Assembly (NCBI GenBank): GCA_964540555.1
Contig: CAZINF010000002.1
Coordinates: 1-60,811 of the forward strand
Reading direction: 5' to 3'
DNA from: an uncultured Syntrophus sp.
Lineage (GTDB): Bacteria > Desulfobacterota > Syntrophia > Syntrophales > UBA5619
Length of the DNA: 60,811 bases
Made by a program: the position numbers and the translations under genes. The notes beneath the pieces were generated by a model. The model was not told the origin of the DNA. It made no database searches and saw only the letters and a program-made list of their open reading frames with translations. Below, in pieces: positions 18,453 to 27,057 of this stretch (within the stretch, counting starts at the first letter, position 1; each line of letters starts with the position of its first letter).

Positions 18453-18484
18453 AAGGCAGGGTCAGAAATGGCTCTGCCTTTTTT
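18453..18484 (+). terminator. possible intrinsic terminator downstream of the propeller gene
   Basis: aaggcag...ctgcctt stem followed by TTTT. The loop is long (14 nt). Confidence 0.4.
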
Positions 18485-18796
18485 ATGAACATTTTAACCA
18501 GTAATCTTCATCTCGCGTGGTCACCACTGAGTAAGCATTAGTAGGTGTTAGAGTTTCCGACCACATCCCCTTTTTCCAGCTATCGCGCCTGCGCATTACG
18601 GGTACAAAGGTGCTAAAAAAAACGTAGTAGCCTTCCTTATTGACTTCAATAAATGATGGATCATCCTTCGGAATAGTCAAAGGCGTTGATAAGTAGGAAA
18701 ATGAGATAGCTTGTGCTATCGGGCTTCGATCTCATCTTTGATCATGAAAGTACGCATCAACCGGATGAACCGTTTTATCTCGTCCTGACGCATTTT

Positions 18797-19273
18797 TCAG
18801 CTCTTTTTAACGTATCTTTCACTTTCCGGCATTTCCTTGATCAGTTGATCTGCCTCAAGGAGAAGCCTCGTGACAATCTCCGCCCCTTTTTTATAGACAT
18901 GTGAACAGTTCTGGTCCGAACCGCTGAGGTAATAGGCGAAAGGCCGCAAGACGCGGCAGTAGTAACTGCCCATTTCCTTATTGAATCTGTCATGAAGAAT
19001 CCTGATCAGATAACTATAGCCGGACACATCGACCTCCGGATCCGTCCGGCCGTACAGATAAGAAATCAGCATGATACCCGCTTCGGTTACCCCGCAGCGA
19101 TCCCCGTAACCGCCACCGCCGCCCCGGAAACCGCTCGATATCCGCAGTATCTCCTCGGACAGTTCGATGTGCAAAACTTCGGAACAGGCCCTGATGACGG
19201 ATTCCGAACAGTGATACCCCTTGAGACGGTACCCTTCGCTTTTTCCCACAGCCGTTTTTATAATCTCCTCCAC
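18797..19273 (-). CDS. C_GCAxxG_C_C family redox protein
   Basis: 158 aa with CSESV...GFRGGGGGYGDRCGVTEAG and later Cys residues, resembling the C-GCAxxG-C-C signature. Confidence 0.7.
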   Translation of the reverse strand: MEEIIKTAVGKSEGYRLKGYHCSESVIRACSEVLHIELSEEILRISSGFRGGGGGYGDRCGVTEAGIMLISYLYGRTDPEVDVSGYSYLIRILHDRFNKEMGSYYCRVLRPFAYYLSGSDQNCSHVYKKGAEIVTRLLLEADQLIKEMPESERYVKKS

Positions 19274-19528
19274 CGCATGACCTCACAAAATTTTTAACAC
19301 TGCCTAACACAAAAACGATCCGTGTGAACAGCGGTTTTTCCTTTCTTCCCTGACTTCAAGGTTTTACATAGATTCAGCATGCATTTTCTGTGCTGAGTAT
19401 TGATTGACACCCGGATTCGTTCTGCTTATACTTCCACTCCGAAAATAATCTCTTATCGAAAGCGTACCCAAACGAGTCTTGCACAGCAGATAGGCGAAAA
19501 TGAAAATTCCGTTGAGAAAGGAGAGGTT

Positions 19529-19657
19529 ATGAGTAAGGCATTAGGAGGAAAGATCTTGGCATATTTCATTCTACTTGCCCTTTCAATGGTCGGATATCCG
19601 GTCGTTCAGGCGCAGGAGTTTCCCTCGAAACCGGTGACCCTGATAAATCCTTCTTAA
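19529..19657 (+). pseudogene. N-terminal stub of a TctC/Bug family binding protein
   Basis: AGGAGAGG RBS, then MSKALGGKILAYFILLALSMVGYPVVQAQEFPSKPVTLINPS followed by a stop. Only the signal peptide and the first conserved FPSKPVT block remain, versus the intact tctC at 32134. Confidence 0.6.
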
Positions 19658-19816
19658 TTGTACGGTAAACCCAAGTCTTCAACTTGGTTCATGTCTCCGG
19701 AACTGGTATGACATCTCAATGAAGCTAAGGGAGTCGCCCCGTGCACGTGCACGGCAAACCGAATCATTGGAGAAAACATACTACCCTACCACCTCTATCT
19801 TAAGTTAGCGCTTATG

Positions 19817-19839
19817 CCCCTCGAGGGGAGGGTTTTTTT
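19817..19839 (+). terminator. weak GC hairpin plus T7 run
   Basis: The cccctcgagggg palindrome is followed by agg and ttttttt. Confidence 0.4.
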
Positions 19840-20048
19840 CACCCGCCCATCGGCAGAATCTGTCCGATATCCAGTATGACAAACTTCGAAGGGTCCAGGT
19901 TTTGAGCTTTTATGGTCTTCTCCAGTTCGAGGATGGAGTATCCCACCGGTTCATCGCCGAGGGGGAAAGTCCCCCATTGGTGCGGGATAAAGTAACGTGC
20001 ACCCAGATCATGGAAGGCGGCGATGAATTCCTGGACATTGACGCCATT
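19839..20048 (-). pseudogene. C-terminal remnant of an MBL-fold hydrolase
   Basis: The minus frame reads NGVNVQEFIAAFHDLGARYFIPHQWGTFPLGDEPVGYSILELEKTIKAQNLDPSKFVILDIGQILPMGG followed by a stop. An in-frame stop lies immediately upstream, and there is no N-terminal HxHxDH part. Confidence 0.5.
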
Positions 20049-20142
20049 TCACATTGTAAAAATCTCATTGACATGCAAGGCGCTTTCTCTTACTTTCATC
20101 TCTACCTTACCCTGATCAGCCGTGCATGAGGAGGGCATGTTC

Positions 20143-21585
20143 ATGATACAACTCACCACACGCAGACTGGGCCGCACCGAACGGCAGGTCACCACGCTCG
20201 GCCTTGGAGGCCAGGCATCGATTCAGTGGCCCGCGGAAGGGGTTGACCCTGGCGCCATCATCGAAAAGGCCTATCGACTCGGCATCAACTACCTGGACAC
20301 ATCCAACATTTATGGACCCAGCCAGAAGCACTTCGGTGAAGCCTTCCGTCGCCTGGGGCTGTCCCCGGCAGCGACCAATTATGACCCGGAGGCTCGCAGG
20401 CGCGTCTTCATCGCCAGCAAGACGCATATCCGTTCGGCGCGCCGCCCGGAGGGAAAACGGTTCCACACGGATTACAGCGAAGGCATGCTCGACGATTTCG
20501 GAGTCTCAACGGCGGTCGACGACGTCCGCCGCTCCCTGAGTCTGATGTTCGGCGACGTCCGGGGGGGCTATCCGGAAGGGGCCTATCTGGACAGCCTGCA
20601 GTTCCACAACCTCAACACCATGGACGAGATCGACATGCTCTTCGAGGGGTTTGACGACCCCCGCCCGGATCGCGACTGGATCGGATCACTGGCAGCCATG
20701 CTCGACCTGCGTGAAGGGACGAACCGAACCGGCTGTAATCCAAAAAATGAAAAGCTGCTCCGCCACATCGGCATCACCGGGCACTGGAACTCGGCAGCCC
20801 ATATTTACGCGATTCAGCGGGACAGCCGGCGTCTCCTCGACACCCTGCTCGTCACGATCAATCCCAGCGACGGCAAATACATGGCACACCGGCACAACGC
20901 GATAGCGGTGGCGGCCGCCGCCGATATGGGCGTGATCGGCATGAAAGTTTTCGCGGACGCAGCCTACTATCACAAGGATGTGAAGTTCTCCGACCATCAC
21001 GACGATGTCTATCGGGGGGTCGGCTCCCCCGAGCTGCCGAGCCGCGATCTGATCCGCTACGCCCTTTCCGTCGAAGGGGTAAGCACCCTTATCGTCGGGA
21101 TTGGCCATATCGATGACGACACCGGCAAGTGCCAGCTCACCCGGAATCTCGCCGCCGCCCAGATCGAGAATCCGCTGGACGAAGAGGAGATGGCAGCCGT
21201 CGAGGCAAAGGTCACCGCGGCAGGAAAGGATCGGGCCAATGCCTCCTTTCAGCGCAAGGCGGTCGGACTCACTGCGCCGCGCAACGTCGGCGTCGAAGCC
21301 GACAGCTCCATGCCGATGCTGGGACGTGTCGCGGTCCGCATCACATGGGACACCGCCTATGCCGGCGCTGCCCCGATCGAGCGCTACGAGGTGCTTCGCG
21401 ACGGCGCGGTCGTGGGCAGCGTCCCTCACACCCCCCAGTTCAATGCGCAGCGATTTCGCTACGACGACATTTTCGACAAAGACCGGCAGGCAGGCCCCCA
21501 CGGTTACAGCGTCCGGGCCATAGATGCGGACGGCGCCGCAGCAGACAGCGGAACAGCGACGGCAGACCCCAGAACAGAGGCCTAA
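20143..21585 (+). CDS. aldo/keto reductase with extra C-terminal beta-rich (FN3-like) domain
   Basis: AKR N-terminus (LGLGG...AYRLGINYLDTSNIYG). The last approx. 110 aa (RVAVRITWDTAY..YEVLRDGAVVGSV..YSVRAIDADG) resemble a fibronectin-III-type module. GAGGAGGG RBS. Confidence 0.8.
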   Translation: MIQLTTRRLGRTERQVTTLGLGGQASIQWPAEGVDPGAIIEKAYRLGINYLDTSNIYGPSQKHFGEAFRRLGLSPAATNYDPEARRRVFIASKTHIRSARRPEGKRFHTDYSEGMLDDFGVSTAVDDVRRSLSLMFGDVRGGYPEGAYLDSLQFHNLNTMDEIDMLFEGFDDPRPDRDWIGSLAAMLDLREGTNRTGCNPKNEKLLRHIGITGHWNSAAHIYAIQRDSRRLLDTLLVTINPSDGKYMAHRHNAIAVAAAADMGVIGMKVFADAAYYHKDVKFSDHHDDVYRGVGSPELPSRDLIRYALSVEGVSTLIVGIGHIDDDTGKCQLTRNLAAAQIENPLDEEEMAAVEAKVTAAGKDRANASFQRKAVGLTAPRNVGVEADSSMPMLGRVAVRITWDTAYAGAAPIERYEVLRDGAVVGSVPHTPQFNAQRFRYDDIFDKDRQAGPHGYSVRAIDADGAAADSGTATADPRTEA

Positions 21586-21672
21586 GCTCGCCGCACGATT
21601 TCCTGAGCAGGCGCCGCTGTAGCCATCCGGACCTTCGACGGGAGTTCTTGGCGCCGCATCGCAGATCATGTC

Positions 21673-23433
21673 ATGACTGTTTTGTCTGAAGTGATGGAGA
21701 AGCCCTTGGCTCATTCAACGGAAGCGATTAAGTCCTGCTTGATAAACCATTTGGAAGAGATTTCCCCTTCCCCCGTCCAATTCCTTTTCTCTTTACGCAG
21801 GCCGGGTTACCACAACCACCGCGCCCTGAAGAGGCGGTTCAATGAAGAATGGAAATCCCTTCATGAAAGACTGGCTCCGGCGGAATGGCTGGAGGTAAAA
21901 GAGATCCTCTTCCCGACCGATCCGTACGATCTGAAAATCATCCCGAAACTAACCCGCCTGGATCTATCGCCCCCGGATCAGATTTCTCAAATTATTCAGG
22001 ATATCAGCATTGCAAAGATTCTCATGAATATCGTTGCAGAACATCATCCCCCGGTTTCTCCGCAATTGTTCGTCGAACTCCTCAATTTCTATAACCGGAA
22101 GATCCCTGAATTGCTGATTCTGGCTGACCCGGTCCTGAGCATCATCCTTCTGGAAGGGAACCCAGCCCACCGACAGGCCATAAAAACCAGGGCCTGCGCC
22201 GTTTTGATCAACCATTATGAGATTGAAACCCTGATCATTTATATCTCCTGCCACCATGCCTTCTCCTGGGACGAAAAACAGACCCTTTTCCAGAGTCTGA
22301 CGGCATTCCAGAAAATTTACAGGAAGCTTCTGGAGATCCATGAGTGGATCGGGAATAAGGATCAGATCAGCCTAGCCTGGTTCGGGAATGATTTTGACTC
22401 TTTAAAGAAAAAGGAAGAGTTTCGGGGGAATTTTCCCAATTTAGTAGACCAATTTCTGGAACTCCTGCGGAGCGATGCCGGGCAGGAGGCGCTCCAGATG
22501 GGCCGATTCCTGGTTCTCCGTTTTAATAATGAAGATATCCTCCGCCTCCTCCACAATAAAATGGAGACAGAGGATCTAAAAAACGATGTGGCCCTGAAAA
22601 AGTTAATATTTCGCCGGATCCATTCCATTATGAAGGAATTTAGGCGGGAATACATATCCCAAAAGCTCGATGCAAATTTGACTCGGTTTATTTCGGAATT
22701 GGAAGTTCAGAGCGTGGAATCCATGCGGCAGATTACGGATGGGAATGTGCCGCCAACCATTATCCTCCGCGGATCGGCGAAAGAAGGCCGTCCTAAGCCG
22801 GTTTATGCTCTGGATCCCGAACTCGCGGAAAAACTGCACCAATATAACCTAACACTCCTCTTTGACCTCTATCCTGTCCCTCCCCGGGCCCAGAAAATCC
22901 TCTTTCTCGTTAGCCAAATCGCTGAACACCTAGAGCTCACAAAAGAGGATTTGGTTAAATTTATCTTTTATCTGGAGCGGCTGCTGATTTTTCTCCAGCA
23001 ACTGGAAGAGTTGGAAATAATGCTTATTGAGGGTCCCCGCTACGGGATGATTTTAAACCCATTCCAGATGAACTCCCTTTCGTTGATCGTTGAAGGGGCC
23101 TATTTTGCTTCTACCGGATATTGGCTCGGCAGTACAATCCTCCCCAGTGTGATCCGTTGCATCAACCCTCGCGCAATACCCAACTGCCTTGGGGTATTGG
23201 ATCGCCATATTTTTTCTCGGATTTCTTTATTGACCGGCGCCTATTGTGGGGTTCCCTTCGACCTCGACAGCACCAACCGCTACGACTGGGATGAAGAGCC
23301 GGAGAGCTGCCAGATTCGTCCGGGCCACTTTTTAATTGATATTCCGGAGAATCTGAGGCGGTCCTGGGAGAAGCCTCAGGCCTTCCAACGGAGAACTCTT
23401 CAGGAAAAGATCAGAAAAAAAGACTGGGTATAG
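21673..23433 (+). CDS. large hypothetical protein (586 aa), no recognisable domain
   Basis: Long uninterrupted ORF, visibly lower GC than its neighbours. Rich in Leu, Ile, Glu and Lys, so probably helical. Sits 7 nt upstream of the M28 peptidase gene. Confidence 0.6.
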   Translation: MTVLSEVMEKPLAHSTEAIKSCLINHLEEISPSPVQFLFSLRRPGYHNHRALKRRFNEEWKSLHERLAPAEWLEVKEILFPTDPYDLKIIPKLTRLDLSPPDQISQIIQDISIAKILMNIVAEHHPPVSPQLFVELLNFYNRKIPELLILADPVLSIILLEGNPAHRQAIKTRACAVLINHYEIETLIIYISCHHAFSWDEKQTLFQSLTAFQKIYRKLLEIHEWIGNKDQISLAWFGNDFDSLKKKEEFRGNFPNLVDQFLELLRSDAGQEALQMGRFLVLRFNNEDILRLLHNKMETEDLKNDVALKKLIFRRIHSIMKEFRREYISQKLDANLTRFISELEVQSVESMRQITDGNVPPTIILRGSAKEGRPKPVYALDPELAEKLHQYNLTLLFDLYPVPPRAQKILFLVSQIAEHLELTKEDLVKFIFYLERLLIFLQQLEELEIMLIEGPRYGMILNPFQMNSLSLIVEGAYFASTGYWLGSTILPSVIRCINPRAIPNCLGVLDRHIFSRISLLTGAYCGVPFDLDSTNRYDWDEEPESCQIRPGHFLIDIPENLRRSWEKPQAFQRRTLQEKIRKKDWV

Positions 23434-23440
23434 CAATTCA

Positions 23441-24421
23441 ATGAGAAAGATCATGTTACCGATATTGTTGCTGGCATTACTGTTCAGCGCCTTTCTTCTT
23501 TATTCCGTGCTGAAGATCAAGGGATCACCGTCCGTTGTCTTTCACCCGGCGCCCGGGACCAAGAACACGACGCTATACAGGCACGTGGAGGAATTATCGG
23601 TTAAAATCGGCTCGCGCAGCGTTTTCGAGTACGGCAAGTTAACCGCCGCAAAGGAATATATCCTCTCCTCCCTGCGCCAGATGGGCCATACGCCGGCGGT
23701 GCAGGATTTTACCTACCAGGAGAAGGTGTTCAGCAACATCATCGTTGCCCTGCCGGGTAAAACCCACCCCGAAGACGTGGTGGTCATCGGGGCCCATTAC
23801 GATACCGTGGCGGGCTCTCCGGGGGCGGACGACAACGCAAGCGCCGTGGCGGCACTGCTCGAAATGTGCCGCCTCTTAAAGGATTTCTCGCCGGAACGGA
23901 CGTTAAAGCTGGTATTTTTTACCCTCGAGGAGCCGCCGGTCTTTCGCTCGGAACACATGGGGAGTTTCGTCTATGCCCGTGAGGCCAGAAATCGCCAGGA
24001 ACAGATCAGCGCCATGATTTCCCTGGAGATGCTTGGTTATTACAGCGATAAGGAAGGCGGGCAAAGCTTCCCCGTTCCGCTCATGTCCCTGATGTTCCCA
24101 TCCACGCCTAATTTTATCGCCGTTGTCGGAAACCTCTCCTCCCGGAGTCTTGTCAATAAAGTTTCGGATTCACTGAGGAAAGGTAGCAGTGTTCCTGTGG
24201 AGACCCTGACGACGATCAGCTTCGTCCCGGGAGTCGATTTCTCCGATCACCGCTCCTTCTGGAAAATGGGCTACCCCGCCGTCATGATCACCGATACAGC
24301 CTTTTACCGCAACCCCAACTATCATAAGGAGACGGACAGGATCGACACCCTGGATTTCAACAGGCTCTCTTCCCTTCTGGACGGTCTTGTGCAGATGGCA
24401 AAAGACCTGAGCCAAAGATAA
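23441..24421 (+). CDS. membrane-anchored M28 family zinc aminopeptidase
   Basis: N-terminal TM, then VVVIGAHYDTV..GADDNASAVAALLE metal-ligand blocks of peptidase M28. Confidence 0.85.
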   Translation: MRKIMLPILLLALLFSAFLLYSVLKIKGSPSVVFHPAPGTKNTTLYRHVEELSVKIGSRSVFEYGKLTAAKEYILSSLRQMGHTPAVQDFTYQEKVFSNIIVALPGKTHPEDVVVIGAHYDTVAGSPGADDNASAVAALLEMCRLLKDFSPERTLKLVFFTLEEPPVFRSEHMGSFVYAREARNRQEQISAMISLEMLGYYSDKEGGQSFPVPLMSLMFPSTPNFIAVVGNLSSRSLVNKVSDSLRKGSSVPVETLTTISFVPGVDFSDHRSFWKMGYPAVMITDTAFYRNPNYHKETDRIDTLDFNRLSSLLDGLVQMAKDLSQR

Positions 24422-24430
24422 ATACAAACC

Positions 24431-25429
24431 TCAGCCTGCCTGCGGTATCTGATTCCTCCGCTGAAAAAGCCGCTGATACTCCTTCGGGCGGAGGCCTGTA
24501 TGTCGCTGAAAGACCTTCCGGAAGGAACTGATGTCTTCGTATCCCACGTGATAGGTCGCCTCTTCAAAGGTCGAGTGCGGCCTTTCCAGAAGGGATTTCG
24601 CCGCATTGATCCGCACCTTCTGGAGATAGGCGATGGGAGACTCTCCCGTCGACTGCTTGAAGCGGCGCTCGAATGTCCGCTGGCCCATGGCGCATCGCTC
24701 GGCGAGCATGGCGATGGTGATCCCCTCCATATAGTTCTCCTCGATCCATCTTTGGACGGCCAATATATCCCGCTCGGCGTGGCCCTTCGGGAAACGAAAT
24801 GCCGCATACGGCGCCTGGGTGGCGCGTCCGAAGTCCTGAACCATCGCCTTCGAACACTGAACGGCGATCTCGCGGCTGGTCAGCTTTTCGATCAGGTAAA
24901 ACGACAGATCGTTGTAAGCGTTTGAACCCCCGGAACAGTAAAGATCCCCCTCGTCCGTGATCAGGGCCTCGGGGCGGAGATGAACGAGAGGATATCTGCT
25001 CCTGAACAGATCGACATAACCCCAGTGGGTGGTCGCCGTTTTCCCTTTCAGCAGACCGGTTTCGGCCAGGATAAACGCGCCCGTGCAGATGCTGGCGATA
25101 TGGGTTCCGCCGCGGTACTGATCCACCAGCCAGTCAATCACCTCTTTACTCCGCTGGATTGTCCTTTCCACATCGCCGGCGATGGCGGAGATCATGATCA
25201 AATCGGTTTTCTTCACATCACGGATGCCGCAATGGGGCTCGATAAAGAGCCGATTGGCGCATTTCACCGCGTTCCCGTCCGGCGAGGCGACGGTGATCTC
25301 GAAACAGGGCGATGGCTTCTGCCCGCAAGCGATATTCCAGAGCACGCCGGCAAAAAGAAAGGCATCCATCGGGCCGGTGATGCTCGATGCCGCGGCGCCG
25401 CGCAAGGCAAGGATGGTAATTTTTTTCAT
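24431..25429 (-). CDS. GlxA-type transcriptional regulator (DJ-1/PfpI domain + AraC HTH)
   Basis: The N-terminal DJ-1/PfpI fold has a conserved Cys (ASICTGAF). The C-terminal AraC-type HTH carries LAERCAMGQRTFERRFK and GYEDISSFRKVFQRHTG. Confidence 0.85.
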   Translation of the reverse strand: MKKITILALRGAAASSITGPMDAFLFAGVLWNIACGQKPSPCFEITVASPDGNAVKCANRLFIEPHCGIRDVKKTDLIMISAIAGDVERTIQRSKEVIDWLVDQYRGGTHIASICTGAFILAETGLLKGKTATTHWGYVDLFRSRYPLVHLRPEALITDEGDLYCSGGSNAYNDLSFYLIEKLTSREIAVQCSKAMVQDFGRATQAPYAAFRFPKGHAERDILAVQRWIEENYMEGITIAMLAERCAMGQRTFERRFKQSTGESPIAYLQKVRINAAKSLLERPHSTFEEATYHVGYEDISSFRKVFQRHTGLRPKEYQRLFQRRNQIPQAG

Positions 25430-25576
25430 GATCTCCTCTGGGGGATGTGTCGTTTATCCCCCCTTTTTTGTCGATTATGCCACTTCCGCTTTCTAAAGGC
25501 AAGGGATATGTTGGCAACGAAAAAATGTTCCACCACGCGTGCACTACCAATAAAAGAAAGGGATAGGAGGAGAGAG

Positions 25577-26008
25577 ATGAAAATCGAAGAAATAGAAAAG
25601 ATGATGCAAGCCCACTTGGGGTACACCGACGAAGAAGCCAGGCTGTTCATGGAAAACACGCGCAATGCCGACATCCTTTCCAAGGCGGAGGCCCTGATGA
25701 ACAAGACCATCCTCTTCGAAGTCGTAGAATCTCACGGATGCGCCAGCCAGCACAAAGTCGGAGACAAGATCCATTTCGACGGCGCCGGAAATCTCCTTAC
25801 TTCCATGGGTCCCAAGAGGATCTGCTGTTATGCGCTGGAGTCCTTGACCAAACTCATCTTCGGGGCTCAGGAACTCTTCTATGCCGGTGTTGATCCCAAT
25901 GAGATGCGGTTCAAGCGGACAAGCTGCTTCGATGTCGGGGTGAAGTGCGGCGGCTGGGGACAAATTGTCATGGAAATCAAGGTAGTGGATCGAGGCAAGC
26001 AATCATGA
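25577..26008 (+). CDS. small Cys-rich protein resembling the TIGR04076 family
   Basis: AGGAGG RBS. Cys/His pattern C..H.VGD..F.....ICC.A......C.D.G..CGG. The stop overlaps the next start (ATGA at 26005-26008). Confidence 0.55.
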   Translation: MKIEEIEKMMQAHLGYTDEEARLFMENTRNADILSKAEALMNKTILFEVVESHGCASQHKVGDKIHFDGAGNLLTSMGPKRICCYALESLTKLIFGAQELFYAGVDPNEMRFKRTSCFDVGVKCGGWGQIVMEIKVVDRGKQS

Positions 26009-27057
26009 ACCGGAGTAAAGGAGTGATCGGGTTTGCCTGCGCTTACACCCCTGTGCCGCTCATCCACGCGGCCGGGTTTGCGCCATACAGGATACTGCCC
26101 GATCACGAATCCCCCGATCAGGCCGGCCGCCTGCTGCACGACAATCTCTGCCCCCATGTCAAACGCGTGCTCGATCGGGCGATGAGCGGTGCGATCCCCG
26201 ATCTGACGGGGATGGTCTTCATGAACAGCTGCGATTCCATGCGCCGCCTGTACGATGCCTGGAAGACAGTCAGGGCCGACAGGAACGCTGTCCTCATCGA
26301 TCTTCCCACCGTCGCCACGGATGCCTCGGTCCGGTTTTTCCGCGACGAACTGGAGCGCCTGTCGCGGACCCTCGGGCAGTGGGGCGGGGATGCGATCGAT
26401 GACGCCGCGCTTGCCGGGAGTATCGGCCTGTATAACCGTGTGTCGTCTCTTTTGACGGCGCTGAAGGAAAAGGCGGGGCGATCGGAGCTCAGGGGCGGCT
26501 CCGCGGCGCTTCAGGAGGCCTACAACAGGGCCGCCATCTCCCCCCCCGTTGAAAGCATCGCCTTTCTTGAGGAGATCCTGAAGGAGGGCCCCGATAACCG
26601 ACAGGGCGAACCGGGCGTCCCCCTCTATCTTTTCGGGAACATGCTGCCCGATCCGGAGGCCTTCGCCCTCTTCGAATCGTGCGGCGCGGATATCGTGTCG
26701 GACGATCTGTGTACCGGGTCCCGCCTGTTTGCGGCGATGGAAACCGGCGGCGGCGACGGGCTCCTGAAGCTCGCGCGCGGCATCCTCGGACGTCCGGCCT
26801 GCGCGCGGACATTCAGCGCGGAAAGACCCGGAAGCCTGGGAGACGACGTTGCCGCGGGGGCAATACATGCAGGCGCCCGGGGCGTCATCGGTTACACGGT
26901 GAAATTCTGCGATCCCTATCTCGCCCGCCTGCCCGGCGTCCGGGATGCGCTGAAAAAGAAGGGGATCCCCCTTCTCCTGCTCGAGGGCGATTGCACGCTC
27001 CGTTCCATCGGTCAGCATAGAACAAGGATTGAGGCCTTTGTGGAGATGATGAGGTGA
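26005..27057 (+). CDS. 2-hydroxyacyl-CoA dehydratase family protein (BcrC/BadD/HgdB-like)
   Basis: IGFACAYTPVPLIHAAGFAPYR, ...NSCDSMRR and ...FCDPY blocks are typical of the family. Confidence 0.8.
   Translation: MNRSKGVIGFACAYTPVPLIHAAGFAPYRILPDHESPDQAGRLLHDNLCPHVKRVLDRAMSGAIPDLTGMVFMNSCDSMRRLYDAWKTVRADRNAVLIDLPTVATDASVRFFRDELERLSRTLGQWGGDAIDDAALAGSIGLYNRVSSLLTALKEKAGRSELRGGSAALQEAYNRAAISPPVESIAFLEEILKEGPDNRQGEPGVPLYLFGNMLPDPEAFALFESCGADIVSDDLCTGSRLFAAMETGGGDGLLKLARGILGRPACARTFSAERPGSLGDDVAAGAIHAGARGVIGYTVKFCDPYLARLPGVRDALKKKGIPLLLLEGDCTLRSIGQHRTRIEAFVEMMR

Noticed and set aside
18483-18680. 65-aa minus-strand ORF between the propeller gene and the C_GCAxxG gene.
   Set aside because: It is short, has no RBS and no recognisable motif, and sits in a low-GC spacer. 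It is left uncalled.
19739-19754. 16-bp perfect palindrome CCGTGCACGTGCACGG.
   Set aside because: It is a single occurrence in a decayed intergenic zone with no adjacent promoter or gene to regulate, so there is too little to assign a function.
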